A stretch of 64,000 nt of DNA from Candidatus Saccharimonadota bacterium (GCA_017515205.1 JAFWHN010000005.1:13-64012); one strand, 5' to 3'; shown: positions 8,887 through 18,763, counted from the stretch's first letter. Numbers and translations are program-made. Notes: a model not told the origin generated them from the sequence alone.

Positions 8887-9794
8887 AAACTAACCACAAA
8901 AACAAAATATTGTTTTATCTTTTTTGTTTTGAAGTGTTTATTACCATAGCATTAATAGCATATGCAATCTATACAGTGCCAAAAGTCTTTGCATTTGAAT
9001 CAAATGGGGAATCAGAACTATCCCAGAACATACTTAAAGGAGCCTTTATCATTTGGATTATTGTAGCAGTAGTTTTATGTAGTGGTAAGTATGAGGAAAA
9101 TAGAAAAAGAAAAATCAATTATAAAGAAAAATATGTCAAAAAAATGCTAGATCAAACGTTCAACAAAGTAAACTATGATTATACCAGAGGAATTCCAGTT
9201 ACTGTGCCCAAAGCTACCAGAATGATTAAAATTGGGAGTGGATATTACTCCAACGATTTTGTCTCAGGAGAATATAAAGGAGTAGAGTTTATGCAAAGTG
9301 ATATAGAAATAAGTAACGGCTCAGGTGAGGATAAAGTAACAGTCTTTAAAGGGCGTTGGCTAACATTTGAATTTCCAAAGAACTTTTTATATCGAATGGA
9401 AATAGTTGAAAAGGGGTTTAAGGCAAATAAAATTCCAGAACCAATAGACAAGAAAGAAAAAAAATTTGAAAAAATTGAAACTGAATCACCTAGCTTTAAT
9501 CAAAGATTTGAAGTATACGCCGAAGACGGGCTTGAAGCATTTTACATTTTAGACCCAGCCTTTATGGAACGAATTGAAAAGACTGGAGATGAATATAAAG
9601 GGAAAATGATGTTAATGTTCATCGAAAATACACTTAACGTTGCTATTTGGAGCGGTAAGGACGCTTTTGAATTTGACGAATATAAAGACGAAGAAGATGC
9701 AACCGAAGCAACAGAGAACATCAAGAAAGAAATAAAAATAATTACCGATTTTGTGGATTTCCTACGTTTAGACCAAAAAATCTTCAAAAAATAG
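8883..9794 (+). CDS. DUF3137-like membrane protein
   Basis: Two N-terminal TM helices, SNDFVSGEYKG, FKGRW..F.FPKNF, ETES..FNQRFEVYAED...AFYILDP. Confidence 0.7.
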   Translation: MKTNHKNKILFYLFCFEVFITIALIAYAIYTVPKVFAFESNGESELSQNILKGAFIIWIIVAVVLCSGKYEENRKRKINYKEKYVKKMLDQTFNKVNYDYTRGIPVTVPKATRMIKIGSGYYSNDFVSGEYKGVEFMQSDIEISNGSGEDKVTVFKGRWLTFEFPKNFLYRMEIVEKGFKANKIPEPIDKKEKKFEKIETESPSFNQRFEVYAEDGLEAFYILDPAFMERIEKTGDEYKGKMMLMFIENTLNVAIWSGKDAFEFDEYKDEEDATEATENIKKEIKIITDFVDFLRLDQKIFKK

Positions 9795-9826
9795 CTTAAA
9801 CGTTGTCAGGATGATATAATAAAACT

Positions 9827-10888
9827 ATGAAGTTTCTTTCTCTCGAACCAGAACAATTCCGCAAATTTGCCGATAAATATCCTGACCGGTCCTTTTATCA
9901 AACTCCAGAAATTGCCGAACTTCGCACCACTAATGGTTGGACACCATATTATTTTGGTGTTGAAGAAGAGGGGAAAACTATAGCTGCTTCTTTAGTAGTC
10001 GCTAAACCGGCCTTTCTCGGCAAGTCAATTTATTATGCACCAGGTGGCCCCTTAATTGATTATGAAAACACTAAACTAGTGAACTTTTTCTTTAAAAATC
10101 TCAAAAACTTTGCTAAAGGTCACAACGGCTATCTTCTTCATATTGAACCATATTATGAAAATATCGAAAGAGACCGTGACGGCAACCCAGTCGAAGGCGG
10201 TTTTAACCATAAAAAAGCTAGCAAAAACCTTGAAAATCTAGGTTTTAAAGCCCTCAGTCACAGTGATGAACCCAAATATTCTTTCATTCTTGACTTGAAG
10301 GGTCGCACAGTAGACCAAATCTTCGCCGATATGAAGCGGAACACCAGAAATCACATCCGAAAAGCCGAAAAAATGGGAGTGCAAATTCGTGAGTTGAAAA
10401 GGGAAGAGCTTAGTATCTTCAAAAAGATTACTGAATCGACCTCAGAACGTCGCCACTTTCTAGACAAACCACTCAGCTATTACGAAAAGATGTATGATCT
10501 CTTTCATGATCGAGGCGAAGTCAAGTTTATGCTCGCAGAAACGAATGCCACACCTTTAAGCGCTGCCATGTTCATGACTTATGGCGACGAAGTTATCTAC
10601 CTCTTTTCTGGTTCCGATGAAAAATATATGAAAGAGTTCAACGCTCAATATCTGATCCAATGGCACATGATTAAATATGCTATCGAAAATGGTTTTAAGA
10701 CTTACAATTTCTACGGTATTCAAGGCCTCCCAGACAGAAATAGCAAAGATTACGGCATTTATGATTTCAAAAAGGGATTCACTTCCACTGAGACTGGTCG
10801 TGTAGTGGAACTTCTTGGCGCGTACGAGCTCCCAGTCAACCAGCTCTTTTATCGCTTGCATCAGTTATTCAGCCATATCAAACACTAA
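9827..10888 (+). CDS. FemABX/MurM-family aminoacyltransferase
   Basis: SFYQTPE, YYAPGGP, MKRNTRNHIRKAEKMGV, YLFSGS, YNFYGI, FKKGF. Confidence 0.9.
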   Translation: MKFLSLEPEQFRKFADKYPDRSFYQTPEIAELRTTNGWTPYYFGVEEEGKTIAASLVVAKPAFLGKSIYYAPGGPLIDYENTKLVNFFFKNLKNFAKGHNGYLLHIEPYYENIERDRDGNPVEGGFNHKKASKNLENLGFKALSHSDEPKYSFILDLKGRTVDQIFADMKRNTRNHIRKAEKMGVQIRELKREELSIFKKITESTSERRHFLDKPLSYYEKMYDLFHDRGEVKFMLAETNATPLSAAMFMTYGDEVIYLFSGSDEKYMKEFNAQYLIQWHMIKYAIENGFKTYNFYGIQGLPDRNSKDYGIYDFKKGFTSTETGRVVELLGAYELPVNQLFYRLHQLFSHIKH

Positions 10889-10921
10889 AAATCTAGTTAC
10901 CTTTTGTGCTATAATTCTTCT

Positions 10922-13090
10922 ATGAGTTTAGAAGGCCTTACGAGTGAGCAGGTCGCTTTAAAGACCAAACAGGGAAAAATCAACCGTATTTCTAGTCGTA
11001 ATCAAACGACGATTCCTAAAATTATTCTAAAGAATACCCTCACGATTTTTAACCTGGTTAATCTCATTCTTGCCATCATGATAATTCTAGTTGGTTCATA
11101 TAAAAACCTTCTATTTGTCCTAATCGCCATTGCTAATACTTTGATTAGTATCATCAACGAAATTAGAGCAAAAAAGACCGTTGATAAGATGCGTCTCCTT
11201 GCTGAAAAACCACCTACAGTCATCAGAGACAGTAAGTCACAACAAATTCCATCATCAGAAGTCGTCGAAGGCGATCTTATTATCTATGGCTTAGGTGACC
11301 AAGTCGTAGTGGATAGTCAAATAAAAGAAGGAAACGTAGAAGTCAATGAAGCTTACGTTACTGGAGAACAGAAGAATATCAGCAAAAAACGTGGCGACCA
11401 ACTCATTTCCGGTAGCTTCATCGTCTCGGGAACCTGCAAGGCCACCGTTACCGCCGTTGGCAACGATAATTTCATCGGTAAACTTGAAACCGATGCCCAT
11501 ACCATTAAAACTGCCGATTCCAAACTCTTTACAATTATGAATAATATCGTTAAATACATTTCCTTTGCACTTATTCCAATTGGAGCACTCCTTCTCTGGG
11601 CCAGGTTTCGCGTGGAAAGCACTACTACAGAAGTTGCCGTTACCAGCACTGTAGCTGCTCTCATTAATATGATCCCAGAAGGTCTCATTCTCTTGACAAG
11701 TTCTGTCCTAGCTCTAGCCACCATCAGACTCAGTAGGAAAAAGGTTCTAGTGCAGGACCTCTATTCAATTGAAACTCTCGCTCGTGTTGACACTATCTGT
11801 TTGGACAAAACCGGCACCCTCACGACAGGCGCAATGCAAGTTCACGACTATACCGCTGCCCAAAAATCGTTTGAGAGCACCCTAGAAGCCATTTTAATGA
11901 GCCAAACCACCGAAAACCAAACCGTAACCGCCTTGAAAAAAAAGTTCGTAGAAAGTGCCAAAAAACGCGAAATAGAGCCAATTGAAGAAATTATCGATTT
12001 TTCTTCTGATCGTAAGTATTCCGGCATCAAGACCAAATCTGCCACTTATCTTCTCGGCGCTATCGATTTCATTACAAATGACCAAAACTTAATTAAACAG
12101 GTTAAACTCTCTTCCGAAGGCTACCGTACCTTAGCAGTAGTTAAGAAGGCGTCATCATGCCAACTTCTGGGCTACGTTCGACTAGAAGATGAAATTCGTC
12201 ATGACGCCCCCGATATTATCAAATATTTCTATGATAACGAAATCGCTGTTAAAATTATCTCTGGCGACGATCTTGATTCCGTCAAAACTATCGCTAAAAA
12301 AGTCGGCATCAAAGAATTAAACGGTGTCAATCTCGCCGAATCAGAAAGGCCAAACTATGATAGATTAGCAAAAGATTATAATATCTTCACTCGCGTCACG
12401 CCAGCTCAGAAGAAAAACTTGATTAAAGCTTTCAAAAAACAAGGTGCTACCGTGGCTATGACCGGCGATGGGGTTAATGATATTCTGGCCATGAAAGAGT
12501 CCGATGTTAGCTTAGCCATCGGTGCTGGTTCCGATGCCGCTCGCCGTTCTGCTAAAATTGTTCTTTTAAACTCTGATTTCGCTGGTGTTCCTAGCATTAT
12601 CGACGAAGGACGCCAATCTATCAATAATCTTGAACGATCCACTACGTTGTTCCTGAGTAAAACCGTTTACGCTAGTATCCTCGCTGTGCTCTTTACGGTT
12701 TTGCCATTTCAATACCCCTATGCTCCTATCGAAATGTCACTTCTCAACTTTGCTTGTATAGGTTTACCAGGTCTCGTTCTAGCTCTAGAGCATAACACTG
12801 CCCGCATCAAAAACCAGTTCGTCACCTTTATCAAACGCTACTCTATTCCTACTGGAATTATTGTCTCGCTCTCAATGCTTATGCTATCAATCATTGCACA
12901 TTATGCCGGCATCCCTCGCCCTGAACTCATTCTACTATCCACCATTATCACATTCGTCATTGATTTTTGCCTCATCTACCGCATTTCTCGCCCGCTTAAT
13001 CCTTTTCGTGCCACTCTCCTCGTCGTCATTATTTTAATCATGGCTACCGCGTTTCTCCTCCCCTTAGCCCGTGAACTACTGTTTTACTAG
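10922..13090 (+). CDS. P-type cation-transporting ATPase (CtpE-like)
   Basis: TGE, PEGL, DKTGTLT, SGD, TGDGVND; start moved past the promoter-derived MCYN codons. Confidence 0.93.
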   Translation: MSLEGLTSEQVALKTKQGKINRISSRNQTTIPKIILKNTLTIFNLVNLILAIMIILVGSYKNLLFVLIAIANTLISIINEIRAKKTVDKMRLLAEKPPTVIRDSKSQQIPSSEVVEGDLIIYGLGDQVVVDSQIKEGNVEVNEAYVTGEQKNISKKRGDQLISGSFIVSGTCKATVTAVGNDNFIGKLETDAHTIKTADSKLFTIMNNIVKYISFALIPIGALLLWARFRVESTTTEVAVTSTVAALINMIPEGLILLTSSVLALATIRLSRKKVLVQDLYSIETLARVDTICLDKTGTLTTGAMQVHDYTAAQKSFESTLEAILMSQTTENQTVTALKKKFVESAKKREIEPIEEIIDFSSDRKYSGIKTKSATYLLGAIDFITNDQNLIKQVKLSSEGYRTLAVVKKASSCQLLGYVRLEDEIRHDAPDIIKYFYDNEIAVKIISGDDLDSVKTIAKKVGIKELNGVNLAESERPNYDRLAKDYNIFTRVTPAQKKNLIKAFKKQGATVAMTGDGVNDILAMKESDVSLAIGAGSDAARRSAKIVLLNSDFAGVPSIIDEGRQSINNLERSTTLFLSKTVYASILAVLFTVLPFQYPYAPIEMSLLNFACIGLPGLVLALEHNTARIKNQFVTFIKRYSIPTGIIVSLSMLMLSIIAHYAGIPRPELILLSTIITFVIDFCLIYRISRPLNPFRATLLVVIILIMATAFLLPLARELLFY

Positions 13091-14115
13091 TTTTCAATCG
13101 AAATTCTCGGATAAATATTCAACTTATAAGGGTCTGTCGGCTTTACGCCAGATTGAATTTCGTAGTAGCAAGCCGCAGCCACCATCGCTCCATTATCGCC
13201 AGAAAATTTCGGCTCAGGGAAGAACGCATCCGAAAAAGTGTTTCTTAATTCCTGGTTTGCCGAAACGCCTCCAGCAATCACGACTGATTTCGTTTCAGGA
13301 TGTTTCTCTAGCGCTAACTTCATTTTTTCAGCCAAAATATCAACTGCCGTTTTTTGAAATGATGCCGCAAAATCCGCTACTTGCTGTGGCGTCAGAAGTT
13401 CCTTTAACTTATGTGATGGATATGAAATTGGCACTCCCGCCTCTTTCTGCACTGCTCTTAATACCGCCGTTTTTAAGCCCGAAAATGAAAAGTCTAGCTC
13501 CGGAATCTTCGGGTGAGGCAGGCGATATTTACTAGGATTGCCAGAAGCAGCTACCTTCGCGATACTTGGTCCACCCGGGTATGGCAAACCAAGGATTTTT
13601 GCCACTTTGTCAAAACATTCTCCCACCGCATCGTCTCTAGTTGTTCCGATGATTTCAAATTGATTATGTGCCGGCATACTCAGAATCTGTGTATGACCAC
13701 CTGAAATCACGAGTGCAAGCAAAGGAAAAGCCGGAAGTTTATCTGTATTTCCCAGCCAGTTTGCATATATATGCGATTTTAAATGATGTACTGCATAAAG
13801 CGGTTTATTATGTACAACCGCCAAAGTCCTTGCCGTTAAAGTCCCTATAAGCAAAGAGCCTAAAAGCCCTGGAGCATACGTCACCGCAATGGCGTCAATC
13901 TCATCCCAAGTACAGGATGCATCCTTCAAAGCCTTTTTTACAACTGGCATCATCACTTCCAAATGGCTTCTCGCCGCCACCTCTGGTATTACGCCGCCAT
14001 ATTCGGCAAAAATATCAATTTGTGAAACCACCACATTCGACAAAATTTCCCGTCCGTCTCTTACTACCGCAGCCGCCGTTTCATCACAACTTGTTTCAAT
14101 CCCTAAAATTAACAC
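13087..14115 (-). CDS. tsaD: tRNA t6A biosynthesis protein TsaD
   Basis: LGIETSCDETA, GGVIPEVAARSH, HHLKSH, GECFDKVA, DNGAMV. Confidence 0.96.
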   Translation of the reverse strand: MLILGIETSCDETAAAVVRDGREILSNVVVSQIDIFAEYGGVIPEVAARSHLEVMMPVVKKALKDASCTWDEIDAIAVTYAPGLLGSLLIGTLTARTLAVVHNKPLYAVHHLKSHIYANWLGNTDKLPAFPLLALVISGGHTQILSMPAHNQFEIIGTTRDDAVGECFDKVAKILGLPYPGGPSIAKVAASGNPSKYRLPHPKIPELDFSFSGLKTAVLRAVQKEAGVPISYPSHKLKELLTPQQVADFAASFQKTAVDILAEKMKLALEKHPETKSVVIAGGVSANQELRNTFSDAFFPEPKFSGDNGAMVAAACYYEIQSGVKPTDPYKLNIYPRISIEN

Positions 14116-14242
14116 CCCTAAATTATACCATATTTTTTAATAAACCACCATATGAAGGTCTAGTAATACAGAGAAAATATATCACCACATGCATATTTTT
14201 ATCATCTTTTGCATTATTTTATGGTTATGCTACAATGAACAC

Positions 14243-14773
14243 ATGGATAATAATCAAAATTTTGAACAGCAATTTATACAACAAGTAAAAAATGCCCCTT
14301 TGCCAGCAGCACAGCCCGAAAAGAACCACAAAGATTTCCCAGTTATACCAACCATCCTTGGTGCAATTATCATCCTTCAATCAATTGCTCTCATTATTTT
14401 GATGACAAACTATTTTTCCCTCACTAATTCCTCAGATGAAGAAGCCGGGGAGATTGAAGAAGAAACCGAAGAGACCGAAGAAGAATCCCCCTATGTTTAT
14501 AACGAAAATAATGAGTTAACTGCCATGACTGCTACATGCACCGCTGAAGATGGAACTTCGCTTGTGCTCACTAAAAGCAAAAACTATGAAGAATACGATG
14601 CTTCATCTTCTCTTACTGGTTCTGGCACGTATACGATCACACGTGATAGTGTCTTTTCCTTCAATAAATCTTCTGGCAAAAGCCGCACTTTATTTTACGA
14701 TGGATACACTCTGACTGACGGCACTGTCTTTTATGATTGTGAGGAAGCCTATGAGGACACGCCAGAAGACTAA
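14243..14773 (+). CDS. Hypothetical single-pass membrane protein with acidic linker
   Basis: TGCTACAAT promoter upstream, one TM helix, extracellular domain with two Cys. Confidence 0.6.
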   Translation: MDNNQNFEQQFIQQVKNAPLPAAQPEKNHKDFPVIPTILGAIIILQSIALIILMTNYFSLTNSSDEEAGEIEEETEETEEESPYVYNENNELTAMTATCTAEDGTSLVLTKSKNYEEYDASSSLTGSGTYTITRDSVFSFNKSSGKSRTLFYDGYTLTDGTVFYDCEEAYEDTPED

Positions 14774-15893
14774 AACTCTGCTGTTCTATTCGACTATTCT
14801 TATTATTTCTCTTATTTTTTCATCCATTTTCAATCAAAGTTTTGCATCAGCCATTTCTATTCACGGTCATAGTCAAGGTTCTACTATCACCAAAGACTAT
14901 TTTATCTATACTGACCATAGAAACGACAACGCTACATCTATTCTCCGTTGTAAACGTAAAGGGTCCAAAACTAGTGGCTGCAAAACTATCGTCAAAACCA
15001 AAGATTTAGATCACGCTAACGCCCTTGACCACGTCTGGGGTTCAAATTACTTTGCTGTATACGATGGTTATTGTAACCCCCATTCCAATTCAAGTTGCGT
15101 CGAGGGTTGCTACACCCTTAGTGGCAAATCAGTCGCCAAATCAAAATGCAAACAAAGAGCCAATAATAAATACAAAAATAAAGGGAGTAGTACTTCGCAA
15201 GGCTATGCTCAATATAAAGTTGGTAAAACCACCTATTTTCTGAAAGGATTTAGTGGCCCTAATAAGATCCAAGTTTACAAAAACGGCAAGCTAATTAAAA
15301 CCATCACTGGTCTCAAAGGAGGCGAACTAGAAGATGTCATGGTCGATGGCAATACCGGCAAGATTTATTACACAGTTAGTGGTTGGGGTAGTGTTAATCT
15401 ATATGGTGTAGGCAAAAAATATACCCTTCCTACTTCATCGGGGTCAGATTCCTCATCCCCTAAAAAATATTCCGGCAAACACGTCAGTCCAGTTAGCTCC
15501 AGAAAGAATAAAAACAAGGATTCTACTGAGACTTCAGAGTCCCATTACGATGGCACTGTTGATACGGTCTTCTTCGGTGAAGTCAAAGACGATGGCAGCG
15601 GCTGTAGTGTTTTCAATGTGCTTAACTTCATCATTGAAATGCTTACCTATGGCATTGGCATTACTGGCGTAATTGGCATTTCATTCTTCGGTATTATGTA
15701 CCTCACCGCCGGTGGTGATGCCGCTAAAACCACCAAAGCCAAAACCCGCATTTACGAAATAGTTATTGGAATAGTTGCTTATGCAGTACTCTGGACACTG
15801 CTTAATTTTCTTCTCCCAGGTGGTAATCTCAATCCTTCTGAGCAATGTTCAAAAAACGACGTTCCAACTTCATCGAGCCAATTTCTCGCTTAA
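14751..15893 (+). CDS. Secreted beta-propeller-like domain fused to a C-terminal TrbC/VirB2-like pilin
   Basis: Signal peptide (SFASA); C-terminal two-TM unit GIMYLTAGGDAAKTTKAKTRIYEIVIGIVAY, homologous to 46202-46561. Confidence 0.7.
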   Translation: MRTRQKTKTLLFYSTILIISLIFSSIFNQSFASAISIHGHSQGSTITKDYFIYTDHRNDNATSILRCKRKGSKTSGCKTIVKTKDLDHANALDHVWGSNYFAVYDGYCNPHSNSSCVEGCYTLSGKSVAKSKCKQRANNKYKNKGSSTSQGYAQYKVGKTTYFLKGFSGPNKIQVYKNGKLIKTITGLKGGELEDVMVDGNTGKIYYTVSGWGSVNLYGVGKKYTLPTSSGSDSSSPKKYSGKHVSPVSSRKNKNKDSTETSESHYDGTVDTVFFGEVKDDGSGCSVFNVLNFIIEMLTYGIGITGVIGISFFGIMYLTAGGDAAKTTKAKTRIYEIVIGIVAYAVLWTLLNFLLPGGNLNPSEQCSKNDVPTSSSQFLA

Positions 15894-15931
15894 AGACAAG
15901 CCGATTCAAACGCTCAAGGAGTATTTAGCCA

Positions 15932-16363
15932 TTACTCGTGGTGATAAGCCCCACCCCGTGCTATTTGCATTGCCCGGTATGTTTGCTCTACTGCCATTAA
16001 TCTAGCTAGCATATGGGGAAACACCAATTTCGAAAAGCTCCACACAAAATCCGCTTTTTCTCGCGTCTGATCATCAAATCCATAGGCTCCACCAATCAGA
16101 ATTATCACTTCTTTGCCGTCCACAAAAGCTTTTTCAAGTAGCCTAGAATATTCATCTGATGATATATTTTCTCCTCGTTCATCTAAACAAATCACAAAAT
16201 CCGAGGCTTCAAATGGCCAATCAGCCAAAAAGTGCCTCAATTTTTCTTCATCCATCACCTGCCAAGTTATATCATATGGCTTTCTTAAACGTTTTTCATA
16301 TTCAGTACACGCCTCAGCACACCAATCAACATTTTTTTTGCCCCCTGCAATTATCTTTATCAT
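15932..16363 (-). CDS. rlmH: 23S rRNA pseudouridine-1915 methyltransferase
   Basis: CLDERG..ISS, LIGGAYGF, WSFSKLVFPHMLARLMAVEQTYRA...YHH. Confidence 0.96.
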   Translation of the reverse strand: MIKIIAGGKKNVDWCAEACTEYEKRLRKPYDITWQVMDEEKLRHFLADWPFEASDFVICLDERGENISSDEYSRLLEKAFVDGKEVIILIGGAYGFDDQTREKADFVWSFSKLVFPHMLARLMAVEQTYRAMQIARGGAYHHE

Positions 16364-16447
16364 AGGTCAAATTATACCATAAAGTCATAGAGAAAACGGT
16401 AATCCACGAGTGTAAAAAAGCGCCGCAATTAGCGACGCTCTATCTGC

Positions 16448-17230
16448 CTAACTAAACATGGAAACGAACAATCTTTGAAAAAAACCTTTTTTATTCTCCA
16501 TCTCCAACGGGTTAGGCTCTTCTGTAAATACCTGGTCAATAGTTTCTTCGTTCGTTACTGGATCACTAGGATTCAATCTATCGAAGTATCTTTTCCTTGC
16601 GCAATAAAAGAGAGTTTTTGCGTTTTCAAATTCTTTCCTGAGATTATCTAGCTCCTTTTTAGAATGGAGAAACAATCTTCTTGACTTCCTGTGCCTTTCT
16701 TTTGCTTCTTCATAGGCAAATCTGGCAGCCTCAAAATCAGCATTATTCTTTCTTGGCGCAATTCTCTCAGCCTTTTGTCTAGCATCACGAATCGCTTGAC
16801 ACTTTTCACCAATCTCAGAATTCAGCTGACTCAAACGCTCTCTGTGTTCATGCCCCTTTTGGGCAAAAACAGGAGCTTCACTTTTGTCACCATATTCGTA
16901 AGCTGATCTTGCTTGGTTAAAACACCTATCTGCCTTATGCTTTTCCGATTCAGCTTCACGTCTTAGTAACTCAATCTGAGAATGAGTTTCATTTTTGAAC
17001 TCAGCAAATTCTTCCCAAACTTTACTATTTGGTTCATCATAAATTACGTTATATTCCTCTTCCATCTTCGTTTTTGCTTTTGATAAAACATCCCAGTCTT
17101 TCTGCATCACTTCATAAGCTGAATTAGTTTGGCTTCTTACCTTATCAAATTTCTTATACGCTTTTTGCTTAGCTTCAAATGCAATGTCTACTGCGCTCTT
17201 TAACGTTTCTAAAACACACTCATCTGGCAT
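16448..17230 (-). CDS. Hypothetical coiled-coil protein
   Basis: Long charged helical ORF, strong AAGGAGG SD, terminator-like hairpin downstream. Confidence 0.65.
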   Translation of the reverse strand: MPDECVLETLKSAVDIAFEAKQKAYKKFDKVRSQTNSAYEVMQKDWDVLSKAKTKMEEEYNVIYDEPNSKVWEEFAEFKNETHSQIELLRREAESEKHKADRCFNQARSAYEYGDKSEAPVFAQKGHEHRERLSQLNSEIGEKCQAIRDARQKAERIAPRKNNADFEAARFAYEEAKERHRKSRRLFLHSKKELDNLRKEFENAKTLFYCARKRYFDRLNPSDPVTNEETIDQVFTEEPNPLEMENKKGFFQRLFVSMFS

Positions 17231-17305
17231 TTACTTTCCCTCCTTTAAAAGTACTAACAAAAACAACGTTCTCCCCATATTATAACATAAATCATAAAAA
17301 TAGCA

Positions 17306-17352
17306 ATAAAAATGACTAAATTAAGTAGGATTCGCATCAGATAAAGTGGGAT
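17306..17352 (-). repeat. Third, degenerate tRNA-Gln 3'-end/hairpin unit (left half)
   Basis: tgactaaattaagtaggattcgcatc vs unit at 18612 tggctagtttgagcaggattcgcatc (first 22 nt match 17/22). Confidence 0.7.
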
Positions 17353-17377
17353 ATCTCAAGTCTAATGAAACCCCTAG

Positions 17378-18460
17378 TTAAGTTTTATCTTTTAAAAATA
17401 CTTTTCGCATAGACGGAAGCCGTATTTTTGCTAACTCTACCATGCTGTAAACAGATATTGACACTACGAATGTACCAACATAAAGCATAATCATTTTTGT
17501 AGTCACCGACAAATAATCATTCAAATATAGCACAATTACTTCATTTACTACTTGATGGAATAAGTAAAAACAAAGCGATATTTTTCCTAGGAAATCAAAC
17601 GGCCAAAAACGAATCTTCGATTGTAATGTTTTCCCTGATAGCAATAATGCTAAAGTCAACATAAAGAAGAAAATAACATTAAACGAGTATAATCTGTCCT
17701 CAAGCACGAGCATACGATTGTTCGTCCATAAAAATATCAAGCTGATGCCAAAACATAATAACTCTGCTATCGATAAGAAGACTATCCAAACTTTTCGAAA
17801 ATCTAGTTTTTTAATATATTCACTTAATACATAAACAATTGCGCCCATACTTAAGCCAGCCAGTGAGCGTAAAAGCGTAGTTGTATCAACACTACTAAAA
17901 GTAGCAAAGCCTAAATAATATGTTAAACAAAAAGGAACAATTAAGAAAAAGAGAAATGTTTTATGTTTTGATTGGCAAAATGTACAAAAAATCGGGTAAA
18001 TCACAACTACTGCGGCTAAATACCATGTCAGTCCAAGTGCTCCACCCCCCTGTGTATTTAAGAGCGTTAATTCCAAAACCATTCTCTTGAAAAAACCGAG
18101 CAGCTCTTCTAATGAGTTAAAATCTAGGTAAATAAATTTAACTAAATACATTAATAACACGGCTATAATCGTGTAAGGCAAGAACACCTTAAATTTTTTC
18201 CAAGTATATTTCGCCGCTTCCTTACATTGTTCATCAAAACTTTTTTCTTCATATTTTTTATTTGCAAAATGTTTAACCGTAAAATAGCCAGTTAGCATAA
18301 AGAACAATTCAACGAACAAAAACGCTCCAGCGAAATGAAAGACGGAAAAATTTTCCTGGTATCGTATGTACGGTGAGTGATACCAGATAATGAAAATGCA
18401 AGCTATAAAACGTAACAATTCAACCACACTAATGGGCCTGTTTTCTTTATTCTTCTTCAT
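17378..18460 (-). CDS. Acyltransferase-3 (OafA/YrhL-like) membrane O-acyltransferase
   Basis: VVELLRFIA, VELFFMLTGYF, WYLAA, LGKISLCFYLFH; ~10 TM helices; AT-rich. Confidence 0.88.
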   Translation of the reverse strand: MKKNKENRPISVVELLRFIACIFIIWYHSPYIRYQENFSVFHFAGAFLFVELFFMLTGYFTVKHFANKKYEEKSFDEQCKEAAKYTWKKFKVFLPYTIIAVLLMYLVKFIYLDFNSLEELLGFFKRMVLELTLLNTQGGGALGLTWYLAAVVVIYPIFCTFCQSKHKTFLFFLIVPFCLTYYLGFATFSSVDTTTLLRSLAGLSMGAIVYVLSEYIKKLDFRKVWIVFLSIAELLCFGISLIFLWTNNRMLVLEDRLYSFNVIFFFMLTLALLLSGKTLQSKIRFWPFDFLGKISLCFYLFHQVVNEVIVLYLNDYLSVTTKMIMLYVGTFVVSISVYSMVELAKIRLPSMRKVFLKDKT

Positions 18461-18567
18461 CTAACCTCCCATAAAAAAAGAGACAATCATTCTACAATTA
18501 TCATCTCTCAAATTACCTCCACTTACGGTTATTATAACGAATAAGTAGCATAATATCAAGCACACAT

Positions 18568-18688
18568 TGAGATCCGAATCCTCGTTTTTTGATTTTTTAT
18601 CTTATAAAAAATGGCTAGTTTGAGCAGGATTCGCATCGAACGAAGTGAGATCCGAATCCTCGTTTTTTAATCTTTTGTGAAACAAAAA
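18568..18688 (-). repeat. tRNA-Gln-linked ~77-bp tandem repeat units
   Basis: tgagatccgaatcctcgtttttt at 18568 and 18646; tggctag at 18612 and 18689. Confidence 0.88.
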
Positions 18689-18763
18689 TGGCTAGGCTGG
18701 CAGGATTCGAACCTGCGAATGACGGGACCAAAACCCGTTGCCTTACCACTTGGCGACAGCCTA
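18689..18763 (-). tRNA. tRNA-Gln(TTG)
   Basis: TAGGCTGTCGCCAAGTGGTAAGGC; ACGGG-TTTTGGT-CCCGT; GGTTCGAATCC; CCA. Confidence 0.97.

Noticed and set aside
10904-10921. ORF-track N-terminal extensions such as MCYN/MLCYN (also at 33917-34876, 37595-38464, 61593)
   Set aside because: They are translations of the TGTGCTATAAT promoter; the true starts lie 6 nt after TATAAT.
18568-18763. tRNA-linked repeats as CRISPR arrays
   Set aside because: Only 2-3 degenerate units, the repeats derive from the tRNA, there are no unique spacers of uniform length, and there are no cas genes.
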